NCBI GenBank assembly: GCA_963823555.1
Contig: CAWGMA010000002.1
Location: 512,001 to 576,000 of the forward strand
Direction of reading: 5' to 3'
Length of the DNA: 64,000 nt
Source: Candidatus Eiseniibacteriota bacterium
GTDB taxonomy: Bacteria; Eisenbacteria; RBG-16-71-46; CAVPCR01
Of this stretch, positions 8,898-18,692 are shown piece by piece (the first letter of the stretch is position 1; every line of letters begins with the position of its first letter). The notes under the pieces are model-generated. The model searched no databases and had not been told where the DNA came from. It worked only from the letters and a program-made list of their open reading frames with translations. A program made the translations under genes and the position numbers.

Positions 8898-9521
8898 CTA
8901 GTCCCGGCCCATGTAGGAGCTCTCGATGCCGAGCAGGATCTTCATGCTGTAGCTGATGGCGCCCAGAGCGACACCGATGATGATGGCGCGTTTAGCGGCC
9001 ATGTTGGGTACGGCGAGGATCCAGCGCACCACTTCCGAGTTCCAGGTCGAGAGCGGCTCCGGCAGCGGGATCAGCCGCAGCATGACCACGAAGGCGGTCA
9101 ACAACAAGATCGCGGCGAGCACGGTGCGCACGCGGAATGCCCGGTAGGCGGCGCTCGCGATGTAGAAGGCGAGCATCGAGAACAGGGTGGCCTGCGCCGG
9201 GACCAGGACCCACTGGAAGAGGTTCATGAAGAGCGTGCCCGACTCGAAGCTCTCGCGCCGGAGCCCGGTCACGACCATGACCAGGAAACCGATGATGGTG
9301 GTCGCCGAGTAGAACCGCTCCTTGCGATCGTGCTGCGCCTTGTTCCAGGTGTTGCGGAGGAGCGAGAAGATGCCGATCGGGAGGGCCAGGATACCGATCA
9401 CGATCACGAAATCGTTGGCGTAGGTGAACAGGAACTCCGAGAACGGGTGCGGCACGAAGTACTGGATCACCATGATCAGGCCGGCGACGAAGACGAGGAA
9501 CAGCGGAATCTGCCTCTTCAT
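8898..9521 (-). CDS. Uncharacterised integral membrane protein (5-6 TM), 2nd gene of operon
   Basis: Hydrophobic helices; ATLFSMLAFYIASAAYRAFR, WILAVPNMAAKRAIIIGVALG, KILLGIESSY. Confidence 0.8.
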   Translation of the reverse strand: MKRQIPLFLVFVAGLIMVIQYFVPHPFSEFLFTYANDFVIVIGILALPIGIFSLLRNTWNKAQHDRKERFYSATTIIGFLVMVVTGLRRESFESGTLFMNLFQWVLVPAQATLFSMLAFYIASAAYRAFRVRTVLAAILLLTAFVVMLRLIPLPEPLSTWNSEVVRWILAVPNMAAKRAIIIGVALGAISYSMKILLGIESSYMGRD

Positions 9522-9562
9522 CGCTCATGCATCCTGGTTGAGCCCATTGTTGCTCCGAGTCG

Positions 9563-10837
9563 TCATACGGCGTGCACGAGGCGCGCGATGATGTTGGAGC
9601 CGAAGAACGTGTAGGCGGCGACCCCGACCACGAGCAGGGTGAGGATCACGATCTTGGCCAGGTCCTGCGCCTTGAGCGGTCCCATGAGCACCGGTTCCTG
9701 CGACAGGTAGGCCGAGGCCGCGTACAGCTCCTCGCCGATCAGCGTGTAGTCGGTGGCGGCGACGAAGAACGGAATCTGCGCCAGCTGGTCGGTGCCCGAG
9801 ATCTGGATCGAGCCGGTGATGCTCCCCGCCTCGGCCAGGAGCAGGCTCTCGGCGTGGAAGACCCCCATGTAGAAGTTGGTCGCCGTCCGTTCGCGGAGCA
9901 TGAGCCCGTTCACCGCCGCCACGTACGGGAACTGCATGGCCGAGATGTAGAAGATGTTCTCCGGGCGGTAGACGTCGGGACGTCCCGCCTGGAGATAGGC
10001 CTCGCGCACGGTCTCCTGCGCCATGGCCATCATGACCGGATCGTTCACCGGCACCAGGATCGGCGTCTGGTACTCGGCGGTGCGCCGGGCGACGCGGGCG
10101 AGGATGGTGTAACCGGCGATGGTGGCGATGTCGCCCGCGGTGCCGGTGCCGAGCACGAAGAGGATCGGACGGCCCATCTCGGTGGCGCGGCCGATCGCCT
10201 CGTCGACGGCCGAGATGCCCGCGATCGGGCGGATGAAGAGCTGGCGCCCCTTGCGGGCGGACTCGATGAAGCCGACGGTGGCGATGGCGAAGAGCACGAC
10301 CGCAATCAGGACGTTCAGTTTCCCGGTGTGGAACCAGTTGCCGGCGGCGATGCCCGTGACCGGAGCGGTGAAGGGGGAGACGCCGCCGTCGGCGGCCCGC
10401 CCGCGAATCCGGAACGCGCGCGGCTCGCCCACGGGCACGAACGTGGGATTGGGTTGGCCCTCGAGCGAGGCTTCTTCCGATTCGTGGTTGTAGGTGGTGG
10501 TTCCGCGCGGCGCGTTGCCGACGAGCACCCACGCCTCGTCCGGCGCGTCGGGCGCCGGCGCCATCCACACCTCGTAGGTGAGGAGCTCCGCGTCGTCGGG
10601 GGAGAGCGTCCAGCGAAGGGCGATGCCGTGTCCGTTGTCGTTGGGGGCGTCGCGGGCGGTGAGGGAATTCGGCGGGCTGAAGGCGATCGGCGGGGGTGGA
10701 TCGGTGATGTCCGCCGCGGCCGGATCGGGTTCGACGGCCTGGTCCTGTGCGAAGAGTCCCGCCGGCGCCGGGAGCAAGAGCCCGATCCCGACCGCCAGCG
10801 CTACGCCGAGAACGGCGAGTGTTCGGAGCGTGGGCAC
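9563..10837 (-). CDS. Secreted/membrane protein: FN3-like domain + DUF6754-like domain, 1st gene of operon
   Basis: GGAGGAG RBS, GTG start, signal peptide; LTARDAPNDNGHGIALRWTLSPDD (FN3-like); TM; IRPIAGISAVDEAIGRATEMGRP, AESLLLAE, QIPFFVAATDYTLIGEELYAASAYL; C-terminal TM. Confidence 0.8.
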   Translation of the reverse strand: MPTLRTLAVLGVALAVGIGLLLPAPAGLFAQDQAVEPDPAAADITDPPPPIAFSPPNSLTARDAPNDNGHGIALRWTLSPDDAELLTYEVWMAPAPDAPDEAWVLVGNAPRGTTTYNHESEEASLEGQPNPTFVPVGEPRAFRIRGRAADGGVSPFTAPVTGIAAGNWFHTGKLNVLIAVVLFAIATVGFIESARKGRQLFIRPIAGISAVDEAIGRATEMGRPILFVLGTGTAGDIATIAGYTILARVARRTAEYQTPILVPVNDPVMMAMAQETVREAYLQAGRPDVYRPENIFYISAMQFPYVAAVNGLMLRERTATNFYMGVFHAESLLLAEAGSITGSIQISGTDQLAQIPFFVAATDYTLIGEELYAASAYLSQEPVLMGPLKAQDLAKIVILTLLVVGVAAYTFFGSNIIARLVHAV

Positions 10838-11096
10838 CCTCTCGTCTCCTCCTCCGATCCCTCACCCCTGGTTTGGCAGACCCGCGGTCGCTCGACCGGC
10901 GTCGGCTGGTCCCGCGGGTGCCCCCCCGGCGCCCGGTCGTGCGGACCCGAACGCTCCAGACCCGGAATTGTGCACGATCCCCGCGCCAGCGCAAGGGGGA
11001 AACCGCCGGCAAGAACGCCGCGCCCCGCATGCTAGACTCACTCGCAATCCGTTCCCTTCCTTCCATCTCAGCACGGCTCAGCACCGGGCGAGGTCG

Positions 11097-14000
11097 ATGC
11101 GCCGAACGAAAGCAGGATCCCAGAGCCAGATCGCCCTCGACCTGCCGGCGCGCCCTTCGATCCCGGCCGCATCCCGTCCGCTCGAGACCGTGCTCGACGC
11201 CGCCGCGCTCCGGGCGTGGCTCGTGGCCTGGCTCGCGGAACTCCCCGGAACGCTCCTCCGCCGGGCCACCGTGCTCGTGCCCGGCGCGGATCTCGCGCAC
11301 TCGCTCCGCTGCCACATCGGGGTCGAGCGCGGCCGGCCCGGGCTCCTCCTCGGGGTGTCGATCACCCGCCCCGAGGTGCTGGCGGCCGACATCCTCGCCC
11401 GCGCGGACCGTCCCGTTCGGGGCGGTCTCGAGTCCATTCGCTGGCTCGAGCTGCGCGACCTCTTCGCTCACGGGGCGCTCGCGGGGCGCCTTCGCTACTT
11501 CCTCGCCCCCGAGCTCAGCGCCGGGCAGGGATACGTCGATGCCTTTGCCTGGACCATCGGCGAGCTCGAGTCGGCCGGTCTCGATCCCCCGGATCTCGAA
11601 CGCGCGGCGGAGGGCTTGCGCTCGGGCGGCCGGCCGCTCGATGCCGATCGTCTTTCTGATGTCGCCGCCGTCTGGCAGGCCCTGTCCGCCGGTGGCGGTG
11701 GCGATCGCCGGCTCTCGCGATCGCTCCTCCTGCGCGAGGCAGCTCGGGTTCTCATGGCCCGTCCGGAGCTCGGGCGCCCCGCGGGCCCCACGGCGGCGCT
11801 CCTCCTCGCGCCTCCATCGACCGCGCTCCGCCGCTTCCTCGTGGCCCTCCCCGCCGTTCGCCTCGTCCATGTCGATGCGCGCCCGCGGCGCCCGCGCGGC
11901 GAGCGGCGGCTCGGGGACTGCGTGCCGGCACCGCCGCCGGAGCATCGCATCGAGCCGCCGGCCGGCGAGCTGGCCGCGCTCGGGAGCCGGCTCTTCATCG
12001 TCGGCGGCGACGGTGTCGGCGGCGACGGTGTCGGCAGCGATGGTGTCGGCGGCGACGGTGTCGGCAGCGATGGTGGAGCGCCCGCCCGGCAACCCTCGCC
12101 CCAGGACACGGCCGATCCCGATCATCGGGTCGAGCGCGCGCTCTTCGCCGGTGTCGCCGAGGAGGTGGACGCGGCGGCGTCCTGGGTGCTCGCGGAGATC
12201 GCGCGCGGCACGCCTGTCGGGTCGATTGCCGTGCTCGTTCCCGACATCGATGCCTATGCGCCGCTTCTCCGCGACCGGCTCACGCGTCTCGTCCTTCCCG
12301 CCGGCGCGACCCCGCCCGCGGTGCGCATCCCCGAGGGTCTCCCGGTCGCGTTGACACCGGCCGGCCTGCGTCTGAAGGCGCTCCTCGCCGCTCTCGAGAC
12401 GCATCTCGAGGTCGAGTCGACGCTCCCTGTTCTGGCCTGGCTCCGATCGACGGCGGCATCAGCGGATGATGGCGATGATGCGCAACAAACTGCGAGTCGC
12501 GCGCCTTCCCCGTCGGTCCTGGCGGAGCTCGTCCACGGCTCCGGGATCGTGGGGGGCCGCGAGGCGAGCGGCGACGAGTGGGCGCGGCGGCTGCGCCAGC
12601 GACGCGCGTCGGCCGCGGCGGATCTCGCTGCCGGGCGCACCGGGGCGGATCGCGAGGTCGAGCTCCTCGACCGTCTCCTGCCGGCGGTGGCGGCACTCGA
12701 AGCCCTCACCGCTCCGGCGCGGAGCCAGTCGGCGCTCCCCGTCCTCTGGCGCGCCGTGCGCGACTTTGCGGTCGAGTGGCTGCGCCTCCCGCCCGATCCG
12801 CCGAACCTGGCCGCCATCCTCGACGGGGAGCTGGCGCCGATTCTCGAGCACCCCGTGGCCGGGACCCTGAGCGGAGTCGCCGCGCTCCGCTACCTCGCTT
12901 CGAGGCTCCACGCGCTCCGCTTTCCGCTCGGGACCACCGGCGCGCCGGCGGTGTTCGTCGCCACGCCGGCGCGCGCGGCGGGGCTCATGTTCCCGGCGGT
13001 GCGTGTCCTCGGCATCACCGAGGGTGTGGTGCCGCGCTCGCCGCAGGACGATCCCATTCTCCCCGACGCCCTGCGCGTGGATCTGGAGCGGCGCGGGCGC
13101 GAGAGCGGGGCCGATGACGTCATCGTCCCGCGCCTCGAGGATCGCGTCCTCGATGACCTGCACGCCTTCGATCGCGTGGTGCGCGCGGCCACCGGTCGCC
13201 TGTCCCTGAGCGCCCCGCGGCAGTGGGTCGACCGGAGCGAGCGCGAGGTCTCGGGTGTCATGCTCGAGGTCGAGATCGCGCTCGATCGCGAGCATCGGGT
13301 GCCGACGCTCGCCGGCATCCGCGCCGCGCTCCTCGATCGCGCCGCGGCGGCCCGGGACGCCGAGCGGTCGGGTGCCGCCGCCGCCGTCTTCCCGCCTGCC
13401 GCCTTCGCCGCGGTCCATGCACTCCTCTCTGCGCCGTCGCCGGGAGCGACACCCTCCGTTCGCTTGCCGGCCGGGTGGATCGGTGCCCCGGGTGGAGCGA
13501 CGGATCTCATGCGCCTGCTCGCGCTCGACGCCGCGTTGTCGTCCGGCGATTCCCTCGGACCCGCTGACGGCCTGCTCGGCGATCTCTTGCCCGCGGCCTT
13601 GCTGCCGGGTCTCACGGCGGAGCGATCGATCTCGCCCACCGGGCTCGGGCGCCTGCTCACCTGCCCGTACTGGTTCCTCGAGGAGCGCATCCTCGGGCGG
13701 CGCGAGCGACCGCGACGCCCGAGCATGGACATGATCGATCCGCTCGCGTTCGGCACGCTGCTGCATTCGATCGCCGAGATCTTCTTCACCGAGCATGGCG
13801 CCGCCTTCTGCCGCAAGGAAGGTGTCCTCGAGGAGTGGCGCCGGCGCGTGCGACGCCTGGCCGAGCGCGAGTTCACCCGCTTCCTCGACCGCTACCCGCT
13901 GCGCGGCCGGGATGCCATCGCTCGCGAGCAGGAGCGCGTGCTCGATACCGCGGAGAAGTTCGTGGGTCACGAGTGGGGGCTCGCCGGTCGCGAGTACCGG

Positions 14001-14564
14001 GCCGCCGAGCTCGTCTTCGGAGTCGACGCTCCCGTGGCCATCGAGCGCCCGGCGGGGCCGCTCTACGTCACCGGCAAGATCGATCGCGTCGATCGCCTCG
14101 ACACGGGCGGGCTCGAGGTGCGCGACCTGAAGACCGGGCGCGCGCGGGATCGCGGGGAATACGATCTCGACCCCGCCATCGATCTCCAGATCGGTGTCTA
14201 CGCCCTGGCACTCGAGGCCGCCGGGGCATCGGCCGGCGAGAAGGTCCACGCCGCGGCCTATGTCTATCCCGCCGACATGCCGCGCGACCCCGAGCGCCGC
14301 TTCGAGGGCGAGGAGCTGGCGCGGCTCCGTGGCAACACCCATGCCTGGCTCGACATGGCGCGCGGTCTCCTCGCCGCCGGCGCCTTCCTGCGCACGCCGC
14401 TGGCCGATGACTGCAAGTTCTGCCCGTATCAGCCCTCTTGCGGCGATCGCGCGCGCGACCGGGCGGCGGCGAAGCTCGCCCGGGCCGGAGCCGGGGTACC
14501 GGCGGCGCTCGTCGCGTTTCGCGACTTCAAGGGCGCCGCGGTCGAGGAGGAGGCGGCGGAATGA
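11097..14564 (+). CDS. addB: AddB-like subunit: degenerate helicase scaffold + C-terminal PD-(D/E)XK nuclease with 4Fe-4S staple
   Basis: ISPTGLGRLLTCPY, FGTLLHSIAE, TGKIDRVD, VRDLKTG, LQIGVY, CKFCPYQPSC (1+3 Cys); ATGA overlap with the addA-like gene; ATG 11097 preferred over the ORF-track start 10578, which overlaps the divergent gene. Confidence 0.8.
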   Translation: MRRTKAGSQSQIALDLPARPSIPAASRPLETVLDAAALRAWLVAWLAELPGTLLRRATVLVPGADLAHSLRCHIGVERGRPGLLLGVSITRPEVLAADILARADRPVRGGLESIRWLELRDLFAHGALAGRLRYFLAPELSAGQGYVDAFAWTIGELESAGLDPPDLERAAEGLRSGGRPLDADRLSDVAAVWQALSAGGGGDRRLSRSLLLREAARVLMARPELGRPAGPTAALLLAPPSTALRRFLVALPAVRLVHVDARPRRPRGERRLGDCVPAPPPEHRIEPPAGELAALGSRLFIVGGDGVGGDGVGSDGVGGDGVGSDGGAPARQPSPQDTADPDHRVERALFAGVAEEVDAAASWVLAEIARGTPVGSIAVLVPDIDAYAPLLRDRLTRLVLPAGATPPAVRIPEGLPVALTPAGLRLKALLAALETHLEVESTLPVLAWLRSTAASADDGDDAQQTASRAPSPSVLAELVHGSGIVGGREASGDEWARRLRQRRASAAADLAAGRTGADREVELLDRLLPAVAALEALTAPARSQSALPVLWRAVRDFAVEWLRLPPDPPNLAAILDGELAPILEHPVAGTLSGVAALRYLASRLHALRFPLGTTGAPAVFVATPARAAGLMFPAVRVLGITEGVVPRSPQDDPILPDALRVDLERRGRESGADDVIVPRLEDRVLDDLHAFDRVVRAATGRLSLSAPRQWVDRSEREVSGVMLEVEIALDREHRVPTLAGIRAALLDRAAAARDAERSGAAAAVFPPAAFAAVHALLSAPSPGATPSVRLPAGWIGAPGGATDLMRLLALDAALSSGDSLGPADGLLGDLLPAALLPGLTAERSISPTGLGRLLTCPYWFLEERILGRRERPRRPSMDMIDPLAFGTLLHSIAEIFFTEHGAAFCRKEGVLEEWRRRVRRLAEREFTRFLDRYPLRGRDAIAREQERVLDTAEKFVGHEWGLAGREYRAAELVFGVDAPVAIERPAGPLYVTGKIDRVDRLDTGGLEVRDLKTGRARDRGEYDLDPAIDLQIGVYALALEAAGASAGEKVHAAAYVYPADMPRDPERRFEGEELARLRGNTHAWLDMARGLLAAGAFLRTPLADDCKFCPYQPSCGDRARDRAAAKLARAGAGVPAALVAFRDFKGAAVEEEAAE
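12000..12074 (+). repeat. In-frame tandem repeat, 5 x 15 bp (GTCGGCRGCGAYGGT), encoding (VG[G/S]DG)5
   Basis: Units: gtcggcggcgacggt x2, gtcggcagcgatggt, gtcggcggcgacggt, gtcggcagcgatggt. Confidence 0.95.
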
Positions 14565-17557
14565 GCGCGCGCCACACCTCCCCGGGGCCCATTCCTCCGC
14601 CCCTCGTCGACGAGGATGCGCGCGGGGCGATCCGCACCGAGCGCGAACAGAACCTCCTCGTCATCGCCGGTGCCGGCACCGGCAAGACGACGAGCATCAT
14701 CGATCGCGTGATGGCCTTCATCGTGCCACCAAAGGCCGATCTCGCCCCGGTCCCCATCGACCGGCTCGCCGTCATCACCTTCACCCGGCGCGCCGCCGGC
14801 GAGCTTCGCTTCCGCATCCGCGAGCGCATCCTCTCCGATCTCGATCAGGCGCTCCGCGCCCGCGATCAGGAGCGATCCGATCTCCTGCGCGCGGCCCTCA
14901 CCGCTCTCGACGCGGCCGCCATCGGCACCATTCACGGCTTCGCCGACAGCCTCCTCCGTCTGCGGCCGATCGAGGCCCGGCTGAGCCCGGCCTACGTGCT
15001 CGCCGAGGACAACGAGAGCCTGATGCGCGAGACCTTCCGCCGGCTGCGGGTGCTCGTCGAGACCGGGGAGCTCGCGGACGAGCTCGAGCCCGCGCTGAGC
15101 GGGGCCACCGGGCGGTCGCGCCTCACTCCCGAGCTCGTCTCGGAGGCGGAACAGACGATCCGCGCGGCGACCCGCAGCGGGCTCACGATCGAGCGCAGGG
15201 AGAACGCCTACGGGACCGAGGTGCCGTCGCTCGAGGGCGTGATCATGCGCATGATCGAGAAGCGGGATATCGAGTTCACCCCGCCGGCGGTGCCCGATCC
15301 GGGGCTCGAGGCGATGAAGGCTGCGATCAGCACGCTTGCGGAACTCAAGGGGAGAATCGTCGGCTCATCGCGCGGCGCCCGTCACGTGCGCCACATGATC
15401 ACTCAGCTCGAAACGCTATGCGATACGGACGATCCGGAAGCGGCGTTTGCCTTGCTCAGGGAGGCGATCGACGGAATCACCCGCAAGCGGCTGCAGAAGG
15501 GCCGCGATTTCGACGGGGCGGGTCAGGTTGGATGGCGGGTCCTCAAGGCATTTCGGGGAGAGAGCCCGGGCAAGGGCTCGATCGTCCCCGAGGACCTGCC
15601 CGAGCGCTTGCTCGGCCCCTATCGCTGGCTTGCGGCGCGCATCGTGCGGCTCGCGCCGGTGGCCGAGGCGCTCTACGACCAGGTCAAGGCCGAGCATGAG
15701 AGCGTCGACTTCGTCGACATCCTGATCAAGCTCCGGAACCTGCTCCGCGACAACCCGGAGGTGCGCCGGTTCTATCAGGATCGCTTCGCGCACATCTTCG
15801 TCGACGAGTTCCAGGACACCGATCCCCTGCAGTGCGAGATCCTGTTCTACCTGTGCGAGGACGGCGCCAGGGCCGGCACCTGGAGCGAGGTCGAGCTCCG
15901 GCCGGGTCGCCTGACCCTGGTCGGCGATCCCAAGCAGTCGATCTACCGCTTCCGGCGCGCCGACGTGGCGACCTACGCCGAGGCCGAATCCATGCTCCGC
16001 GCCCAGGGGGCGCGCGTGATCTCGCTCGTCACCAATTTCCGGAGCCGGCCCGAGCTCGTGCGCTACCTGAACGCGCGCCTCGCTGATGTCCTCGATCGCC
16101 CCGATCCCAAGATCAAGCGCTCAGCCGCAGCGACGGTGGGGGGGCTCGACGCGGAGAGCGGGCAGGCCTTCTATGGGCCGATCGAGCCCGCCCCGGGGAT
16201 TCCGCCGGGGCCGCCGCCGGTGCATGTCGTCCCCTATGCCGGCGCGGGCGGAGAGTCGCTCCATGCCGAAGGGGAGGGACGGCCGATCGAGTCCGAGGCG
16301 ATCGCCGCCTATGTCGACTGGCTTCTCGCTTCCGGCTTCCAGGTCCGGGATCCGGCCACCGGCGCCGAGCGAGCGGTGCGGGCCGGGGATATCGCCGTCC
16401 TCGCCGCCACGACGACGCACCTCGACCATCTCCTCGAGCGCTTCGATGCGCATGGTATCGAGTACTCGATCCGCGGCGGGAAGCTCCTCCTTTCGCATCC
16501 GCTCGTCCGCCGCTACCTCCTCGCGCTCCGTGCGATCGCCGATCCCGACGACGGCGTGGCCGCGGCGGCCCTCCACGCGCCGCCGTTCTTCGCGCTCGAT
16601 GCCGCCGATCTCGCGCTCGATCGGGCCGCCTTTCGGCTCGGGAAGGAGGCCCTGGGCGATGTGCCCGCGGCCGAGCTCGATGAGCGGCTGGCGCGCGTCC
16701 GGGCCGCCACCGATCTCGTGCGCGAGCTTCGCCGCGAGCGGCATGCGCGCCCGCCCGGTGCCACCGCCCGCGATCTGATCGAGCGCACCGGCCTCGGGCG
16801 CGCTGTTCTCGCCGGGGCCAACGGGCGGCAGATGCTCTCCGCCCTCTATCAGGTCGCCTTCGAGATCGAGCGGCGCGCGATCGCCGAAGGTCTCGATTTC
16901 GACACCGCGACGATCGCGCCGCGCGACTGGGCGGATCGCCCGGTCTACCTCGATCTGCCGGAACCCATGGGCGAAGAGGCGGTGCGCGTGACCACGATCC
17001 ATCAGGCCAAGGGGCTCGAGTACCCCGTCGTCATCATCTGGGATGGCTTCCAGGTGATGCACGACTGGTGGATCATCGAGCCATGGCTCATCGGTCGCGA
17101 TCGGCGCTCGTGGGCGCTCGGACTGCGCCCGGTGAAGGTGGCCGAGCCTGTGGGGTCCGATCTCGCCGAGCGCGAGCAGCGGCACCGGATCCACGAGAAG
17201 GCGCGTCTCTTCTACGTGGCGGCGACCCGGGCGCGCGATCTCCTCGTGCTCCCGCTGCCGTCGCCGCGCCGGAAGGACAACTACGCCACGGCGTGTCTGG
17301 CCGGTCGCGCCGATGATGAGGTGGCGCGCGAGCTCATCAGGTGGTTCGAACCCTATCGTCCGGACCAGGTGCCGGAGTGGGCGCGTGGGGGGGCGGCGCC
17401 GCGCCGGCCCTGCCGGCGCTCGTTGCCGATGAAGCGCTCGACCGCGAACTCGAGGCGACGAAGGCCGACTTCGCCGCATCGCTGGCCGCGGCCGCGACCC
17501 CGCGTCATGTGCCGCGGGCCGCGACCGAGCTCGCGCACGAGCGTGTGCGTGCCGTGA
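14561..17557 (+). CDS. addA: AddA-like UvrD/SF1 helicase, N-terminal part (frameshift near 17390)
   Basis: AGAGTGKT, ITFTRRAAGEL, GTIHGF, DEFQDT, VGDPKQSIYRFRRAD, TNFRS, TTIHQAKGLE, LFYVAATRARD. Confidence 0.9.
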   Translation: MSARHTSPGPIPPPLVDEDARGAIRTEREQNLLVIAGAGTGKTTSIIDRVMAFIVPPKADLAPVPIDRLAVITFTRRAAGELRFRIRERILSDLDQALRARDQERSDLLRAALTALDAAAIGTIHGFADSLLRLRPIEARLSPAYVLAEDNESLMRETFRRLRVLVETGELADELEPALSGATGRSRLTPELVSEAEQTIRAATRSGLTIERRENAYGTEVPSLEGVIMRMIEKRDIEFTPPAVPDPGLEAMKAAISTLAELKGRIVGSSRGARHVRHMITQLETLCDTDDPEAAFALLREAIDGITRKRLQKGRDFDGAGQVGWRVLKAFRGESPGKGSIVPEDLPERLLGPYRWLAARIVRLAPVAEALYDQVKAEHESVDFVDILIKLRNLLRDNPEVRRFYQDRFAHIFVDEFQDTDPLQCEILFYLCEDGARAGTWSEVELRPGRLTLVGDPKQSIYRFRRADVATYAEAESMLRAQGARVISLVTNFRSRPELVRYLNARLADVLDRPDPKIKRSAAATVGGLDAESGQAFYGPIEPAPGIPPGPPPVHVVPYAGAGGESLHAEGEGRPIESEAIAAYVDWLLASGFQVRDPATGAERAVRAGDIAVLAATTTHLDHLLERFDAHGIEYSIRGGKLLLSHPLVRRYLLALRAIADPDDGVAAAALHAPPFFALDAADLALDRAAFRLGKEALGDVPAAELDERLARVRAATDLVRELRRERHARPPGATARDLIERTGLGRAVLAGANGRQMLSALYQVAFEIERRAIAEGLDFDTATIAPRDWADRPVYLDLPEPMGEEAVRVTTIHQAKGLEYPVVIIWDGFQVMHDWWIIEPWLIGRDRRSWALGLRPVKVAEPVGSDLAEREQRHRIHEKARLFYVAATRARDLLVLPLPSPRRKDNYATACLAGRADDEVARELIRWFEPYRPDQVPEWARGGAAPRRPCRRSLPMKRSTANSRRRRPTSPHRWPRPRPRVMCRGPRPSSRTSVCVP

Positions 17558-18144
17558 TCCCGAGGGAACGCGGGGTCGATGTGGTCACGGCGGAGTCGGA
17601 ACCCGACGTCGATGAGCGCGCCGCCAAGGCCGAGCAGTCGCGCCATGGCCGCCACTTCGGCATTGCCGTGCACCGGGCCCTCGAGATCGTGCTCGGGGCC
17701 GGTGCGGACGTCGAGGAAGCGGTGGCGCAGGCGCTCGCGACGGTGAGCGTCGAGCTGCGAAGCGAGGAGCGAAAGATCCTGGCGCGGCTCGAGAGCGAAG
17801 CGCGGAGCGATGTCCGCCGCGCTCTCGCCGCGCTCGAGGCGGCCGGGCTCAGCGTTCTCGACCTTGCCACCGAGGTCGATCTGACGGCGCCCGCGGCCGA
17901 TACGACAACGCTCGTCCGCGGCGCCGTCGATCTCATCGCCGTGGGTGCGGACACGGTGCACGTGCTCGACTGGAAGACCGATCAACCGGTGGCCGGGGAC
18001 CTGGCGGCGGCCTATCCCGCCTACGCCGAGCAGCTACGCATCTACGGCGACATGATCCGCCTGAGCGGATGGCTCGGATCCCGCCGCCTGCGCGCGGGAC
18101 TCCTCCTCACGGCGACGGGCGAGATCCGCTGGCTCGAGGAGTGA
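17341..18144 (+). CDS. addA: C-terminal RecB-family nuclease domain of the AddA-like protein (other frame; joins upstream if G7 at 17387-17393 is G8)
   Basis: HFGIAVHRALE, LVRGAVDLI, VLDWKTD, YAEQLRIY. Confidence 0.8.
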   Translation: MVRTLSSGPGAGVGAWGGGAAPALPALVADEALDRELEATKADFAASLAAAATPRHVPRAATELAHERVRAVIPRERGVDVVTAESEPDVDERAAKAEQSRHGRHFGIAVHRALEIVLGAGADVEEAVAQALATVSVELRSEERKILARLESEARSDVRRALAALEAAGLSVLDLATEVDLTAPAADTTTLVRGAVDLIAVGADTVHVLDWKTDQPVAGDLAAAYPAYAEQLRIYGDMIRLSGWLGSRRLRAGLLLTATGEIRWLEE

Positions 18145-18215
18145 TGCTTCGACAGGGTCAGGAGCGTGCCGTGCAGAAGGTCGTCGCTGTTCCCTGAGGA
18201 GGTCATTGATCGAGC

Positions 18216-18692
18216 CTACTCGCGGCGTTCCTTCATCCACCAATCCCGGAATGCCCTGAGCCGGGGCAGGGACTCGCGGTCCTTCACCCGGCCGGTCGCT
18301 TCCTTGCTGCGGATGATGTCATCGATATGACAGACCGGGATCCCCTCGATCTCCAGCGCGCGGCCCGCCGCCTCGGCGAATGTCTCGATTCCATCGGGTG
18401 CGAAGACGAGATCGAGATCGAAGGGACCCTGGCGAAGCTGCACGAAGTCCTTCCCGCGCTCGATCTCCTCCCGATGCTCGGGTTCGAGGCGGAAACCGAG
18501 CTCGAGGAGGGCGGCCGCGATGCGGCGGCCGTTCTCCGGGCTCTTCTCCACGAAGAGATCGGCGTCCTGCGTCGTGTCCGGGTAGCCGAGAATGATCGCG
18601 CCCGACTTTCCTATGAATAGGAAACGGACGCGGTGCTTCTTGAACACCACGGCGATCTCGACGGCTTGACGGTACTCAAAGCGAGCGTCCAT
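18216..18692 (-). CDS. Minimal nucleotidyltransferase-fold protein (DUF6036/AbiEii-like)
   Basis: FIGKSGAIILGYPDTTQDADLFV (G...T.DxD), DLDLVFAPDG, IIRSKEATGRVKD; 158 aa from ATG 18692. Confidence 0.75.
   Translation of the reverse strand: MDARFEYRQAVEIAVVFKKHRVRFLFIGKSGAIILGYPDTTQDADLFVEKSPENGRRIAAALLELGFRLEPEHREEIERGKDFVQLRQGPFDLDLVFAPDGIETFAEAAGRALEIEGIPVCHIDDIIRSKEATGRVKDRESLPRLRAFRDWWMKERRE

Noticed and set aside
10578..11096. N-terminal extension of the AddB ORF in the ORF track (similarly starts at 14438, 47231, 51798, 28238, 40743, 42847)
   Set aside because: These extensions overlap neighbouring genes or promoters and lack family similarity; downstream ATGs with an RBS or coupled overlap fit better.
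13620..14450. Cas4-like nuclease or CRISPR association
   Set aside because: The Fe-S PD-(D/E)XK domain is the C-terminus of an AddB-like protein coupled to AddA; no cas genes or repeat-spacer array seen.
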